Shown piece by piece: positions 47,818-55,673 of a stretch of 64,000 bases of DNA. The notes below the pieces were generated by a model. The model made no database searches and was not told where the DNA came from. It saw nothing but the letters and a program-made list of their open reading frames with translations. The DNA is taken from positions 384,001-448,000 of the forward strand of contig CBDFJG010000001.1 of the NCBI GenBank assembly GCA_965248445.1. Reading direction: 5' to 3'. Origin of the DNA: Planctomycetota bacterium. Lineage in GTDB: Bacteria > Planctomycetota > JAJSAM01 > JAJVHW01. Made by a program: the position numbers and the translations under genes. The first letter of the stretch is position 1. Each line of letters begins with the position of its first letter.

Positions 47818-48206
47818 GCGACGGCGGTCCGAGAGTCTTGCTGATCGAAGACGAAGCCGAGCTCCGCGCGATGATCGCCGCGATGCTCGCCGCCGACGGT
47901 TACCGCGTTGCCGACTTCGGCGACGCCGAGGCGGCGATGGCGCACGCGGACTCGCTCGCGAAGGCGCCGCGACTGGTCGTCACGGACGCGGGCCTCCCCG
48001 GCATGAGCGGACAGGACCTGATTCGAACCCTCGACGGGAAGTTCCCGGGGCTCGCTGCACGCTCGCTGCTGATCACCGGCGACGACATCGGCCCGGAACT
48101 CGAGCGCTTCTCCACCGAGGTTGGCTGCGGACTGCTGGGCAAACCGTTCCGCATGGACACCTTCCTGCGTCGCTGCCGCGAGATCCTGCGCGACGAACTC
48201 CGATAG
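47814..48206 (+). CDS. Single-domain response regulator (REC)
   Basis: LLIEDE, VTDAGLPGMSG, ITG and KPF motifs. Confidence 0.88.
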   Translation: MSDGGPRVLLIEDEAELRAMIAAMLAADGYRVADFGDAEAAMAHADSLAKAPRLVVTDAGLPGMSGQDLIRTLDGKFPGLAARSLLITGDDIGPELERFSTEVGCGLLGKPFRMDTFLRRCREILRDELR

Positions 48207-48233
48207 CCTGGACCGCGACAACGGGAGGTTCGG

Positions 48234-48910
48234 ATGACTGCAGCGAAGTCGGGCGCGCTCGGAGCTGCGTTGATCGGCGCGATCGCCGGGGCGCTGGCGG
48301 GATCGTTTGTCACGATGGCACTGCGACCGTCGACTGGCAGCACAGAGACCTCCCCCGCCACCGTCGACCTCGACGAGCGGGTGCTCGCCAGGGCGATCGC
48401 ATCGGCCAACGAGCCGCTGCGCGAAGAGCTGCGACAGCTCCGCGCGTCGCTCGCGAGAGCGCGGGCCGTCCCGGGAGCGGAGGTCGCGGGAACGACCGCC
48501 GACGGCGAATCGAGGGCTGCCGCGCCTGAGCGTCCCGGCCGAGTGACCGCTCGCGCCGAGGCGGCGCTGTGGCGCGGGACCAGGGCGTCCGGCGACGACG
48601 TGCGTGGCGGTGTCGAGTTGACGCCGAAGCCCGACCGCGCGCGGTTGCGCCGGGTGCGTGACTTCGATGACAACTCGCTGACCCGTCGTCGCTACCTGTT
48701 CAGTTCATGACCGAACGCGACGCGCTCGCGTGGTTCGGGTCGCCGGGCACGATCTACGCCGGGGAGGGCGGCGAGGAGTACTGGAACTACGAAGTCGTCG
48801 TCGGGACCGACGACGACGGCGATGAGGTCACACAGGACTTCTCGCTGAAGTTCCAGCGGGGGCGGCTGGTCTATGCGTCAGGCGACGACGATCCCGAAGA
48901 CGACGAGTAG
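48234..48910 (+). pseudogene. Membrane-anchored hypothetical protein, probably split by a 5-bp duplication
   Basis: GTTCAGTTCA at 48698-48707; removing one copy fuses ORFs 48234-48710 and 48707-48910. Confidence 0.5.
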
Positions 48911-48913
48911 CCG

Positions 48914-49423
48914 TCAGCGTTTGCGGAGGTAGCGCACGATCTGTACGCGCTCCAGGCTCTCGCGTGACTCCTCGCGCCAGTCGGCCCGGTCCCACTCAGG
49001 GAAGTACACGTCGCCGCCGCCGACCTCGGGGATCTCGGTGAGGAGCAGTTCGTCCGCGTGCGGGAGTGCGAGTCCGTACACAACTCCCCCACCGGCGACG
49101 AACAGGTTGTCGTGCCCGAGCGCGGCCGTCATGCTGACGGCCCCGTCGAGCGTCGCGGCGCCGCCGACCCCCATCCAGCGAGCTTCGGCCTCGCGCGGCT
49201 TGCGCGTCAGCACGAGCGTCGTGCGTCCGGGGAGTGGCCGGCGCACGGACTCCATCGTGCGCGTGCCCATCAGCACGACTGCGCCGGTGGTCAAGCGCTT
49301 GAAGTGCTTGAGGTCCTCCGTGTAGTGCCACGGGAGACCGCCGTCCCGTCCGATCGTTCGGTCGCGCGCGATGCCGGCGACGAGAACGACGCGAACCGCG
49401 TCGCGCGCGCTCACACCGCCCAT
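48914..49423 (-). CDS. folA: Dihydrofolate reductase
   Basis: IGRDGGLPWH..DLKHFK, RPLPGR and GDVYFP; directly downstream of thyA. Confidence 0.93.
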   Translation of the reverse strand: MGGVSARDAVRVVLVAGIARDRTIGRDGGLPWHYTEDLKHFKRLTTGAVVLMGTRTMESVRRPLPGRTTLVLTRKPREAEARWMGVGGAATLDGAVSMTAALGHDNLFVAGGGVVYGLALPHADELLLTEIPEVGGGDVYFPEWDRADWREESRESLERVQIVRYLRKR

Positions 49424-49424
49424 C

Positions 49425-50264
49425 TCAAACTGCTACGGCAAAGTCGAGCTTCTGGCAGGGCTCGTAGCCCTCGACCCTGAAGTCCTCGAACGTCAGTTCG
49501 TCGAGGGGCTTCTTGGCGATGTGCAGTTGTGGCAGCGCGCGGGGCTCCCGTTCGAGCTGCTCGAGCAGACCCGGCACGTGGTCGTACTCAGCCATCGAGC
49601 CGTCGCGCTTCTTCGTGTAGATGTGCGCGTCCACGATGAAGTGGCTGAACACGCCGGGCTCCAGGCCGACGTCCTGCGCGACCGCCATCGTGAGCGCGGA
49701 GTACGCCGCCAAGTTGAACGGGATGCCGAGGGCGATGTCTCCGGAGCGCTGGTTCAGGTGGCAGTTCAGGCGGCCGTCGAGCACGTTGAACGTGAACGTG
49801 TAGTGGCACGGCGGGAGCTTGCTCGTCGTCGCGTTCCCCGGTTCCCACGCCGTGACGACCATGCGCCGGCTGTCGGGCTGATTGCGAAGCTGGTCGAGAA
49901 CGTACTGGATCTGATCGACCTCACGGACGTGCCACTTGCCGTCGCCGTTCTTCTGCGCGGACGGGAAGCGCCGCCAGTAGTAGCCGTATGCGGTGTCGAG
50001 GTTCCCGTCCTCGTCGGCCCACGCGTCCCAGATCTTGGTCTTGCCGCGAAGGTTGCGGATGTGGTCGTCGCCGCTGAGGTACCAAAGGAGTTCGTGCAGC
50101 ATGGACTTCCAGTACATGCGCTTGGTGGTCAGGAGCGGGAAGCCCTCGGCCAGGTCCACCTTGTAGTGGCAGCCGAAGCAGGCGATCGTGTCGACCCCCG
50201 TTCGGCTCGTCTTGCGACGGCCGTGCTCGAGGACATGACGGACCAGATCGAGATACTGCTTCAT
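49425..50264 (-). CDS. thyA: Thymidylate synthase
   Basis: RTGVDT, LPPCH, QRSGDIALGIPFN and DAHIY motifs. Confidence 0.97.
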   Translation of the reverse strand: MKQYLDLVRHVLEHGRRKTSRTGVDTIACFGCHYKVDLAEGFPLLTTKRMYWKSMLHELLWYLSGDDHIRNLRGKTKIWDAWADEDGNLDTAYGYYWRRFPSAQKNGDGKWHVREVDQIQYVLDQLRNQPDSRRMVVTAWEPGNATTSKLPPCHYTFTFNVLDGRLNCHLNQRSGDIALGIPFNLAAYSALTMAVAQDVGLEPGVFSHFIVDAHIYTKKRDGSMAEYDHVPGLLEQLEREPRALPQLHIAKKPLDELTFEDFRVEGYEPCQKLDFAVAV

Positions 50265-50339
50265 GGTGCCGCTCCTTCCCGTGGGTCTGACGCTTCCCGT
50301 GGGGCGACGAGGCTACCCAGCATCGAGGACACTCGCCCC

Positions 50340-50951
50340 GTGGACGACGAACTCCCCACGCTGCCAGCGATCCTGCTCGCCGCGGGATCCGGGACCCGCC
50401 TCGGAAGACCCAAGGCGCTCCTCGACGTGCGCGGCCGCAGCGCTGTGGCGCACGTCTCGGAGGTCCTCCGCATGGGTGGCGCCGGCCCGGTGATCGCCGT
50501 GACCGGTGCTGCGGCGGCCCACGTCGAGCCGGAGGCGCAGCGCGGCGGCGCCCGGGCCGTGCATTGCGCTGGCTGGGAGGGTGGCCGCACGGCCTCACTC
50601 CAGGCCGGGCTCGCCGCCGTGCCCGACGGCGCGCCGGCCGTGCTCGTTGCGCTGGTGGACATGCCCCTCGTGACCACCGGAACCGTTGGGGCGCTGATCT
50701 CCGCGTGGACCTGCGCGCCGGACGGCACCGAGGTCATCGTCCCCTCCCACGAGGGACGGAGGGGCCATCCGATCGTGCTCGCGCGTTCGCTCTTCCCGGC
50801 GCTCGCGGCTCTCGGACCCGACACTCCTCTCCGCGATGCGCTGCGCACGGCCCGCCGCCTGGTCGTCGACGTCGACGATCCCGGCGTCCTGGTGGATCTC
50901 GATACGCCGGAGGATCTGGCGCGTCATGGTCTCGATCCTTCCAATCGCTGA
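50340..50951 (+). CDS. MocA/MobA-like nucleotidyltransferase
   Basis: ILLAAGSGTRLG.PK, LVDMP, GHPI and DLDTPED motifs. Confidence 0.88.
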   Translation: MDDELPTLPAILLAAGSGTRLGRPKALLDVRGRSAVAHVSEVLRMGGAGPVIAVTGAAAAHVEPEAQRGGARAVHCAGWEGGRTASLQAGLAAVPDGAPAVLVALVDMPLVTTGTVGALISAWTCAPDGTEVIVPSHEGRRGHPIVLARSLFPALAALGPDTPLRDALRTARRLVVDVDDPGVLVDLDTPEDLARHGLDPSNR

Positions 50952-51034
50952 TCTGTGGTTGGTGTTGCTGTAGCGGCGGGGCGCTGCCCCGCGATCCGGC
51001 GAACCCCAACTCGTGCTCGGTTACCCTCACGGCC

Positions 51035-51979
51035 GTGAAGATCTACCTCGCCTCCCCCCGCGGCTTCTGCGCCGGAGTCGATTACGCGATCGAGATCGTC
51101 GAGCGCGCCCTTGAGCGCTTCGGCGACCGCGTCTACGTGCGGCACGAGATCGTGCACAACGAGCACGTCGTCGACCGGCTCCGCGAGAAGGGGGCGATCT
51201 TCGTCGATGAACCGGGCGAGATCCCCGAGGGCGAGACGGTCATCTACTCGGCCCACGGCGTGTCACCGCAGGTGCGCGCGGAGAGCCGGCAGAAGGGGCT
51301 CCGGGAGATCGACGCCACCTGCCCGCTCGTGCGCAAGGTCCACGACGAAGCAGTGCGCCTCGCGGCCGAGGGGTACGACATCCTGCTGATCGGCCACGCC
51401 GGTCACGTGGAGGTCGAGGGGACGATGGGTGAGGCTCCCGAGCGCATCCGCGTCATCGAGACGCTCGAGGACGCCGAGGTCATCGAGGTCGCGGATCCGT
51501 CGCGGGTCGCCTACCTGACGCAGACCACTCTGTCGGTGGACGACACGGCAAGGATCGTCGACCAGCTACGCGAGCGGTTCCCCGACATCGTCGGTCCGAA
51601 GAAGGACGACATCTGCTACGCCACGCAGAACCGGCAGAACGCGGTCAAGGAACTGTGCAAGCACGTCGATATCGTGCTGGTCGTCGGAGACCCGCACTCG
51701 AGCAACAGCAACCGCCTGGTGGACGTGGCGCGCGGACAGGGCAAGTTCGCGCATCTGCTGCGCGACGCCGACCAACTGGAGGCGCTGATCGAGGAGGCGC
51801 GCGGCTGCCTGGGCCGCCCCATCGCCGCCGTCGGCCTGACCGCCGGCGCGAGCGCCCCGGCGGACCTGATCGACAACGTCTTGGAGACGCTCGTTCAACT
51901 CGGCGGCGAGCTCGCGGACGAGATCGTCACCGCGCGGGAGCGAATCCACTTCGCGCTGCCGCCCGCGCTGCGCGACTGA
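51035..51979 (+). CDS. ispH: 4-hydroxy-3-methylbut-2-enyl diphosphate reductase
   Basis: PRGFCAGV, IVHN, DATCPLV, ICYATQNRQ and TAGASAP motifs. Confidence 0.97.
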   Translation: MKIYLASPRGFCAGVDYAIEIVERALERFGDRVYVRHEIVHNEHVVDRLREKGAIFVDEPGEIPEGETVIYSAHGVSPQVRAESRQKGLREIDATCPLVRKVHDEAVRLAAEGYDILLIGHAGHVEVEGTMGEAPERIRVIETLEDAEVIEVADPSRVAYLTQTTLSVDDTARIVDQLRERFPDIVGPKKDDICYATQNRQNAVKELCKHVDIVLVVGDPHSSNSNRLVDVARGQGKFAHLLRDADQLEALIEEARGCLGRPIAAVGLTAGASAPADLIDNVLETLVQLGGELADEIVTARERIHFALPPALRD

Positions 51980-51995
51980 TGGGTCCGGGGGCCTG

Positions 51996-52841
51996 ATGGA
52001 CACAGGACTGGCGGAGCGCAGCGTCCTGGTCACCGGCGCCTCGGGCGGCATCGGCCGCGCCGTCGCCGAAGAGCTGGCGGCCGAAGGAGCGCACGTCGCC
52101 CTGCACGGCAACGCGGCGTTCGACGAGATGACGGCCTGGCTCGCGCAGCAGCCGTGGAAGGAGCGCGCGCTCGCGGTGCGCGGGGACGTGCGTGATCCGG
52201 ACGCCATGCAAGCGTGTTGCGACGAGGCCGTGCACCGTTTCGGCCGTCTCGATCACTGCGTGGCGAACGCCGGCCGTTGGAAGCAGGCGCCGGAGCGCCT
52301 CGACGAGATGGACCCCGCCCGCTTCGAGGACTCCGTGGCCGTGAATCTGCTCGGTGCCGCGTGGACCGCACGCGGGTTCCTGCAAGCGCTCGGGTCAACG
52401 GGGCCGCGGGAGGGTGAGGGCGCCTCACTCGTGTTCGTCGGGTCGACGGCCGGTCGCTTCGGCGAGCGGCACCACGCCGACTACGCCGCGGCCAAGGCGG
52501 GCTTGCACGGCCTCTCGCAGAGCCTCAAGAACGAGATCGTGCTGATCGATCCCTTCGGCCGCGTGAACGTGGTCGAGCCGGGCTGGACGGTCACGCACAT
52601 GGCTCGCAAGGCGATCGACACGCCGGGCAGCGTCGAGCGCGCAGTCCGCACGATGGCGCTGCGGCAACTGGCCCGCGCGAAGGACATCGCGCGAACGATC
52701 GTCACGCTGCTCTCACCTCGCCTCTCCCGGCACGTGACGGGCCAGGCCATCACCGTCGCGGGCGGCATGGAAGGCCGTCTGCTCTGGGATGCCGACGCCG
52801 TCGACGAAGACGCCATCCGCGCCCGCGCCCGCAGCGACTGA
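51996..52841 (+). CDS. SDR family oxidoreductase
   Basis: TGASGGIG, ANAG and YAAAK motifs. Confidence 0.92.
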   Translation: MDTGLAERSVLVTGASGGIGRAVAEELAAEGAHVALHGNAAFDEMTAWLAQQPWKERALAVRGDVRDPDAMQACCDEAVHRFGRLDHCVANAGRWKQAPERLDEMDPARFEDSVAVNLLGAAWTARGFLQALGSTGPREGEGASLVFVGSTAGRFGERHHADYAAAKAGLHGLSQSLKNEIVLIDPFGRVNVVEPGWTVTHMARKAIDTPGSVERAVRTMALRQLARAKDIARTIVTLLSPRLSRHVTGQAITVAGGMEGRLLWDADAVDEDAIRARARSD

Positions 52842-54662
52842 TCACTCCAGCGAGCGCAGGAACCCGCGCACACGGTCGGCCCCAACGCCATCGGGCGTGA
52901 TTTCGAGCGCCCTCTCGTACGCGCGGCGCGCCTGTTCCCGGTCGCCCTCCGCCTGGAGTGCGCGGCCCACCTGTGCGAAGAAGCGGAAACTCTCGCCCTC
53001 GTCGAGTTCCATTCCGGCGCGGTCCGCAGCGTGCATCGCCGCGGCCGCCTCACCCGGACGGCGGAGCCGCAGGAGAGACCAGGCGCGGTTGTAGTGCCCC
53101 TCCCCCGAGTCCGGACGGATGGCGAGAGCCTCGTTCGCGTACGCGAGCGCGTCTTCGTGACGCCCCAGTGCAATGGCGACATTGGACGCATTCACAAGAG
53201 GGACCGACGCGACGTGGTACTGCGGAGGCCACGGATCGATCTGGCGTTTCCATCCTTCAATTGCGGCGTCGAGGTGCCACAGAGCGCCGTTGAACGCTAC
53301 GACGGACATGTGGCGCCATGCCTCGGCCTCCGCCGCGTCGTCCGCTTCGCGGGCGCGTCTGCGCAGCGCCCAGCCGCGTTCCCGTTGCTGATTGCCCGCC
53401 CACGTGTGGGCGCGCACGCTGTCGTGCTGCTCGAGCGTCTCGGTGTAGATCGTCGCGTCGTCCCGCCAGTCCGGCACGCGCTGGGCGGCGATCGCCCCCA
53501 TGGCGAGCGCCGCCATCCAGACGGCCGCGAGCGCCGCGCGGCTGCCCACTCTCGCGACGCCGGCGCCGACGAGGAGGACGAGGCCCACCAGCGGCACGTA
53601 GAGGAAGCGCTCCGTCGTCGGGATGCCGAGATCGAACGGCCAGTTCGCGACCGGCAGGAGCGCCCCGTAGAACAGCAGCACGCCCGCGAGCGGCACACAG
53701 CGGCCGCGACGGTAGAGCACGGCCGCACCCGCCACGACTCCGAGGTGCACAGCCAACCACGCCAGTGCCACGGGATCGGCGAGCGTCCGGCTGACGGGCA
53801 AGTACCAGTCGTAGGCGGGAGCGACCGGAAGGGCGGCAAACGTCAGGTACGCGCCGAACCCCTTGAACATCGTCGCGAACACACCCGCGACGCCACCGCC
53901 GATGCGGTACCCGACGTGACTGTCCGCTCCCTCGATCAGCCCGAAGCGGTAGACGGCGTAGAGCACAGCGACGGCCACGTACGGCAGCGCGGCCCGCGCT
54001 GCCGAAGCAAGCGGCCGACGCCCGTCGCGCGGCCGAACCAGCAGGACGGCGAACACCAGGAGCGGCAGCACGATCGCCGTCTCCTTCCAGAGCATGGCGA
54101 GCACCGCGCCAGCGAGCGCAAACGCCAGCCAGCGGTCGCGGCCGTTCGAACGCAGCGCGCAATAGAGCGTCGCGGCCGCGAACGCCCCCATGGCGACGTC
54201 TGCGCGGAACCCGATCGCGGCGACCGGCTCGACGTGCATCGGATGCAGCGCCCACACCGCCGCTCCGGCAAGCGCGGCACGCGCATCGCCGAGCAGCCGT
54301 CGGAGGAGACTCAGCACCAGCACGCAAGCGAGTGCGTGCCAGACGACCGAGTGCCAGTGGAAGATCGCGGCCCCTGCGCCGAGCGCCCGGTCGAAGCGAT
54401 ACTCGAGAGTCCGCAGGGGGCGCACGATGCCGCCGTCGTCCCGGGCATCCACGGTCATGGGATCGACGAACGCCCGCCACCACTCGCCCTCTCCGCTGAC
54501 GAACGGGTTCTCGAGGATGAAACGGCTGTCATCGACCGCGAAGCCATTGGTGGCGGCGCCGTATCCGTAGACCGCGACGACGAGCGCGGTGAGAAGGAGA
54601 GCCCCGGCGGCCGGGTGACCCAGAGCGCTTGCGGCCGTCGTGGGCACGACGTCGTCGCTCAC
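52842..54662 (-). CDS. TMTC-like multi-TM (GT-C) protein with C-terminal TPRs
   Basis: FAVDD, RPL, HPMHVEPV, WKETA and ERFLYVP motifs; TPRs. Confidence 0.82.
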   Translation of the reverse strand: MSDDVVPTTAASALGHPAAGALLLTALVVAVYGYGAATNGFAVDDSRFILENPFVSGEGEWWRAFVDPMTVDARDDGGIVRPLRTLEYRFDRALGAGAAIFHWHSVVWHALACVLVLSLLRRLLGDARAALAGAAVWALHPMHVEPVAAIGFRADVAMGAFAAATLYCALRSNGRDRWLAFALAGAVLAMLWKETAIVLPLLVFAVLLVRPRDGRRPLASAARAALPYVAVAVLYAVYRFGLIEGADSHVGYRIGGGVAGVFATMFKGFGAYLTFAALPVAPAYDWYLPVSRTLADPVALAWLAVHLGVVAGAAVLYRRGRCVPLAGVLLFYGALLPVANWPFDLGIPTTERFLYVPLVGLVLLVGAGVARVGSRAALAAVWMAALAMGAIAAQRVPDWRDDATIYTETLEQHDSVRAHTWAGNQQRERGWALRRRAREADDAAEAEAWRHMSVVAFNGALWHLDAAIEGWKRQIDPWPPQYHVASVPLVNASNVAIALGRHEDALAYANEALAIRPDSGEGHYNRAWSLLRLRRPGEAAAAMHAADRAGMELDEGESFRFFAQVGRALQAEGDREQARRAYERALEITPDGVGADRVRGFLRSLE

Positions 54663-55474
54663 GCGTCCGATTCAGTTCCGGTCAGGTGTTCGCGCATACG
54701 TTCAGCCAGCCACGAGGGGCGCTCGACGGCGACGGTGTGACCGCAGCGCTCTACCTCGAGGAAGTGCGTGTCCGGGAGCAGGTCCACGAGTTCGTCGTTC
54801 AAGAAACGCGGCACGAGCGGGTCGTCCACTCCGCGAATCACGAGAGCAGCGGCGCGTACAGACTTCAGCTCTTCCCCGAAGTCGCCACCCGGGAGAAGCG
54901 TGTCGAGCAGCATGCGCCGCATGCTCTCCGGATCGTTCCGCCGCCGGAACGCGCGCAGCATCTGCTCGCGCATCTGCTCGTTCTCGCGCAGCCATTCTTC
55001 CCCCACCACGTCCGGGGTGACGACCTGGAACAGGAGGTCCTGACCCCCCGCGTCCAGCGCGTCGAGCCAGCCCTGCACGATCCAGCGCCGCAGCGCGGTC
55101 TCGCGGTGGGCACAGCCGATGAGGACCAGCCGCCGCACGCGCTCGGGCGCCGCGAGAACAACCCGGAGCGCCACACGCGATCCGAACGAGAAGCCGACGA
55201 GATCAACCTGATCCAGTTCGAGCGTGTCGAGCAGGTGGAGCAGGTCGCGACCGTGGTCAGCGGTGCGGGAGCCCTCCGGTGGCGGATCGCTCTTGCCCTG
55301 GCCGGACGCGTCGTACAGCAGGACGTCACGAACTCCGCGCAGCCGCTTCACCTGCAGGCCCCACGCGATGGTGGTCTGCGAGAGTCCGTTCAGGAACACG
55401 ACCACCGGGCCGCCCCCCTGGCGGCGCAGCTCGTAGCGGAGCCGGCGGCCGTCGGGAAGTGCGTGGACCTTCAT
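54659..55474 (-). CDS. Alpha/beta-fold hydrolase
   Basis: GFSFG nucleophile elbow, GVDD and CGH. Confidence 0.9.
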   Translation of the reverse strand: MKVHALPDGRRLRYELRRQGGGPVVVFLNGLSQTTIAWGLQVKRLRGVRDVLLYDASGQGKSDPPPEGSRTADHGRDLLHLLDTLELDQVDLVGFSFGSRVALRVVLAAPERVRRLVLIGCAHRETALRRWIVQGWLDALDAGGQDLLFQVVTPDVVGEEWLRENEQMREQMLRAFRRRNDPESMRRMLLDTLLPGGDFGEELKSVRAAALVIRGVDDPLVPRFLNDELVDLLPDTHFLEVERCGHTVAVERPSWLAERMREHLTGTESDA

Positions 55475-55551
55475 CGCGTTCAGAGAATCGCACGATTCCC
55501 GCCGCGGGCCGAACGATGTAGGCTCTCGGGACGAACACCCCGGAGGTCACC

Positions 55552-55641
55552 ATGCCGAGCTGGCTCATCTTCGCAATCGGCGCCGTCGCGGGACTGGTGC
55601 TCATCACCATCCTCAAGGGCGGAGGCGGCGGCTGAGGCTAG
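55552..55641 (+). CDS. Unannotated 29-aa membrane peptide, candidate selenoprotein MPSWLIFAIGAVAGLVLITILKGGGGG-U-G
   Basis: TAGGCT -10-like at 55519, GGAGG RBS at 55542-55546, ATG at 55552, hydrophobic helix, TGA 55633-55635, GGC, TAG 55639-55641. Confidence 0.7.
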
Positions 55642-55673
55642 CCCTCACGCCGTCCGTCGGACGGCAGCTAGCC
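55636..55673 (+). promoter_or_regulatory. SECIS-like stem-loop directly 3' of the TGA
   Basis: Outer stem GGCTAGC/GCTAGCC; inner stem GCCGTCC-GTC-GGACGGC; loop starts with GU, 20 nt after the UGA. Confidence 0.55.

Noticed and set aside
50340..50951. MocA-like gene as a marker of a selenium-dependent molybdenum hydroxylase system
   Set aside because: No yqeB/yqeC, selD or xanthine dehydrogenase-like genes in the window.
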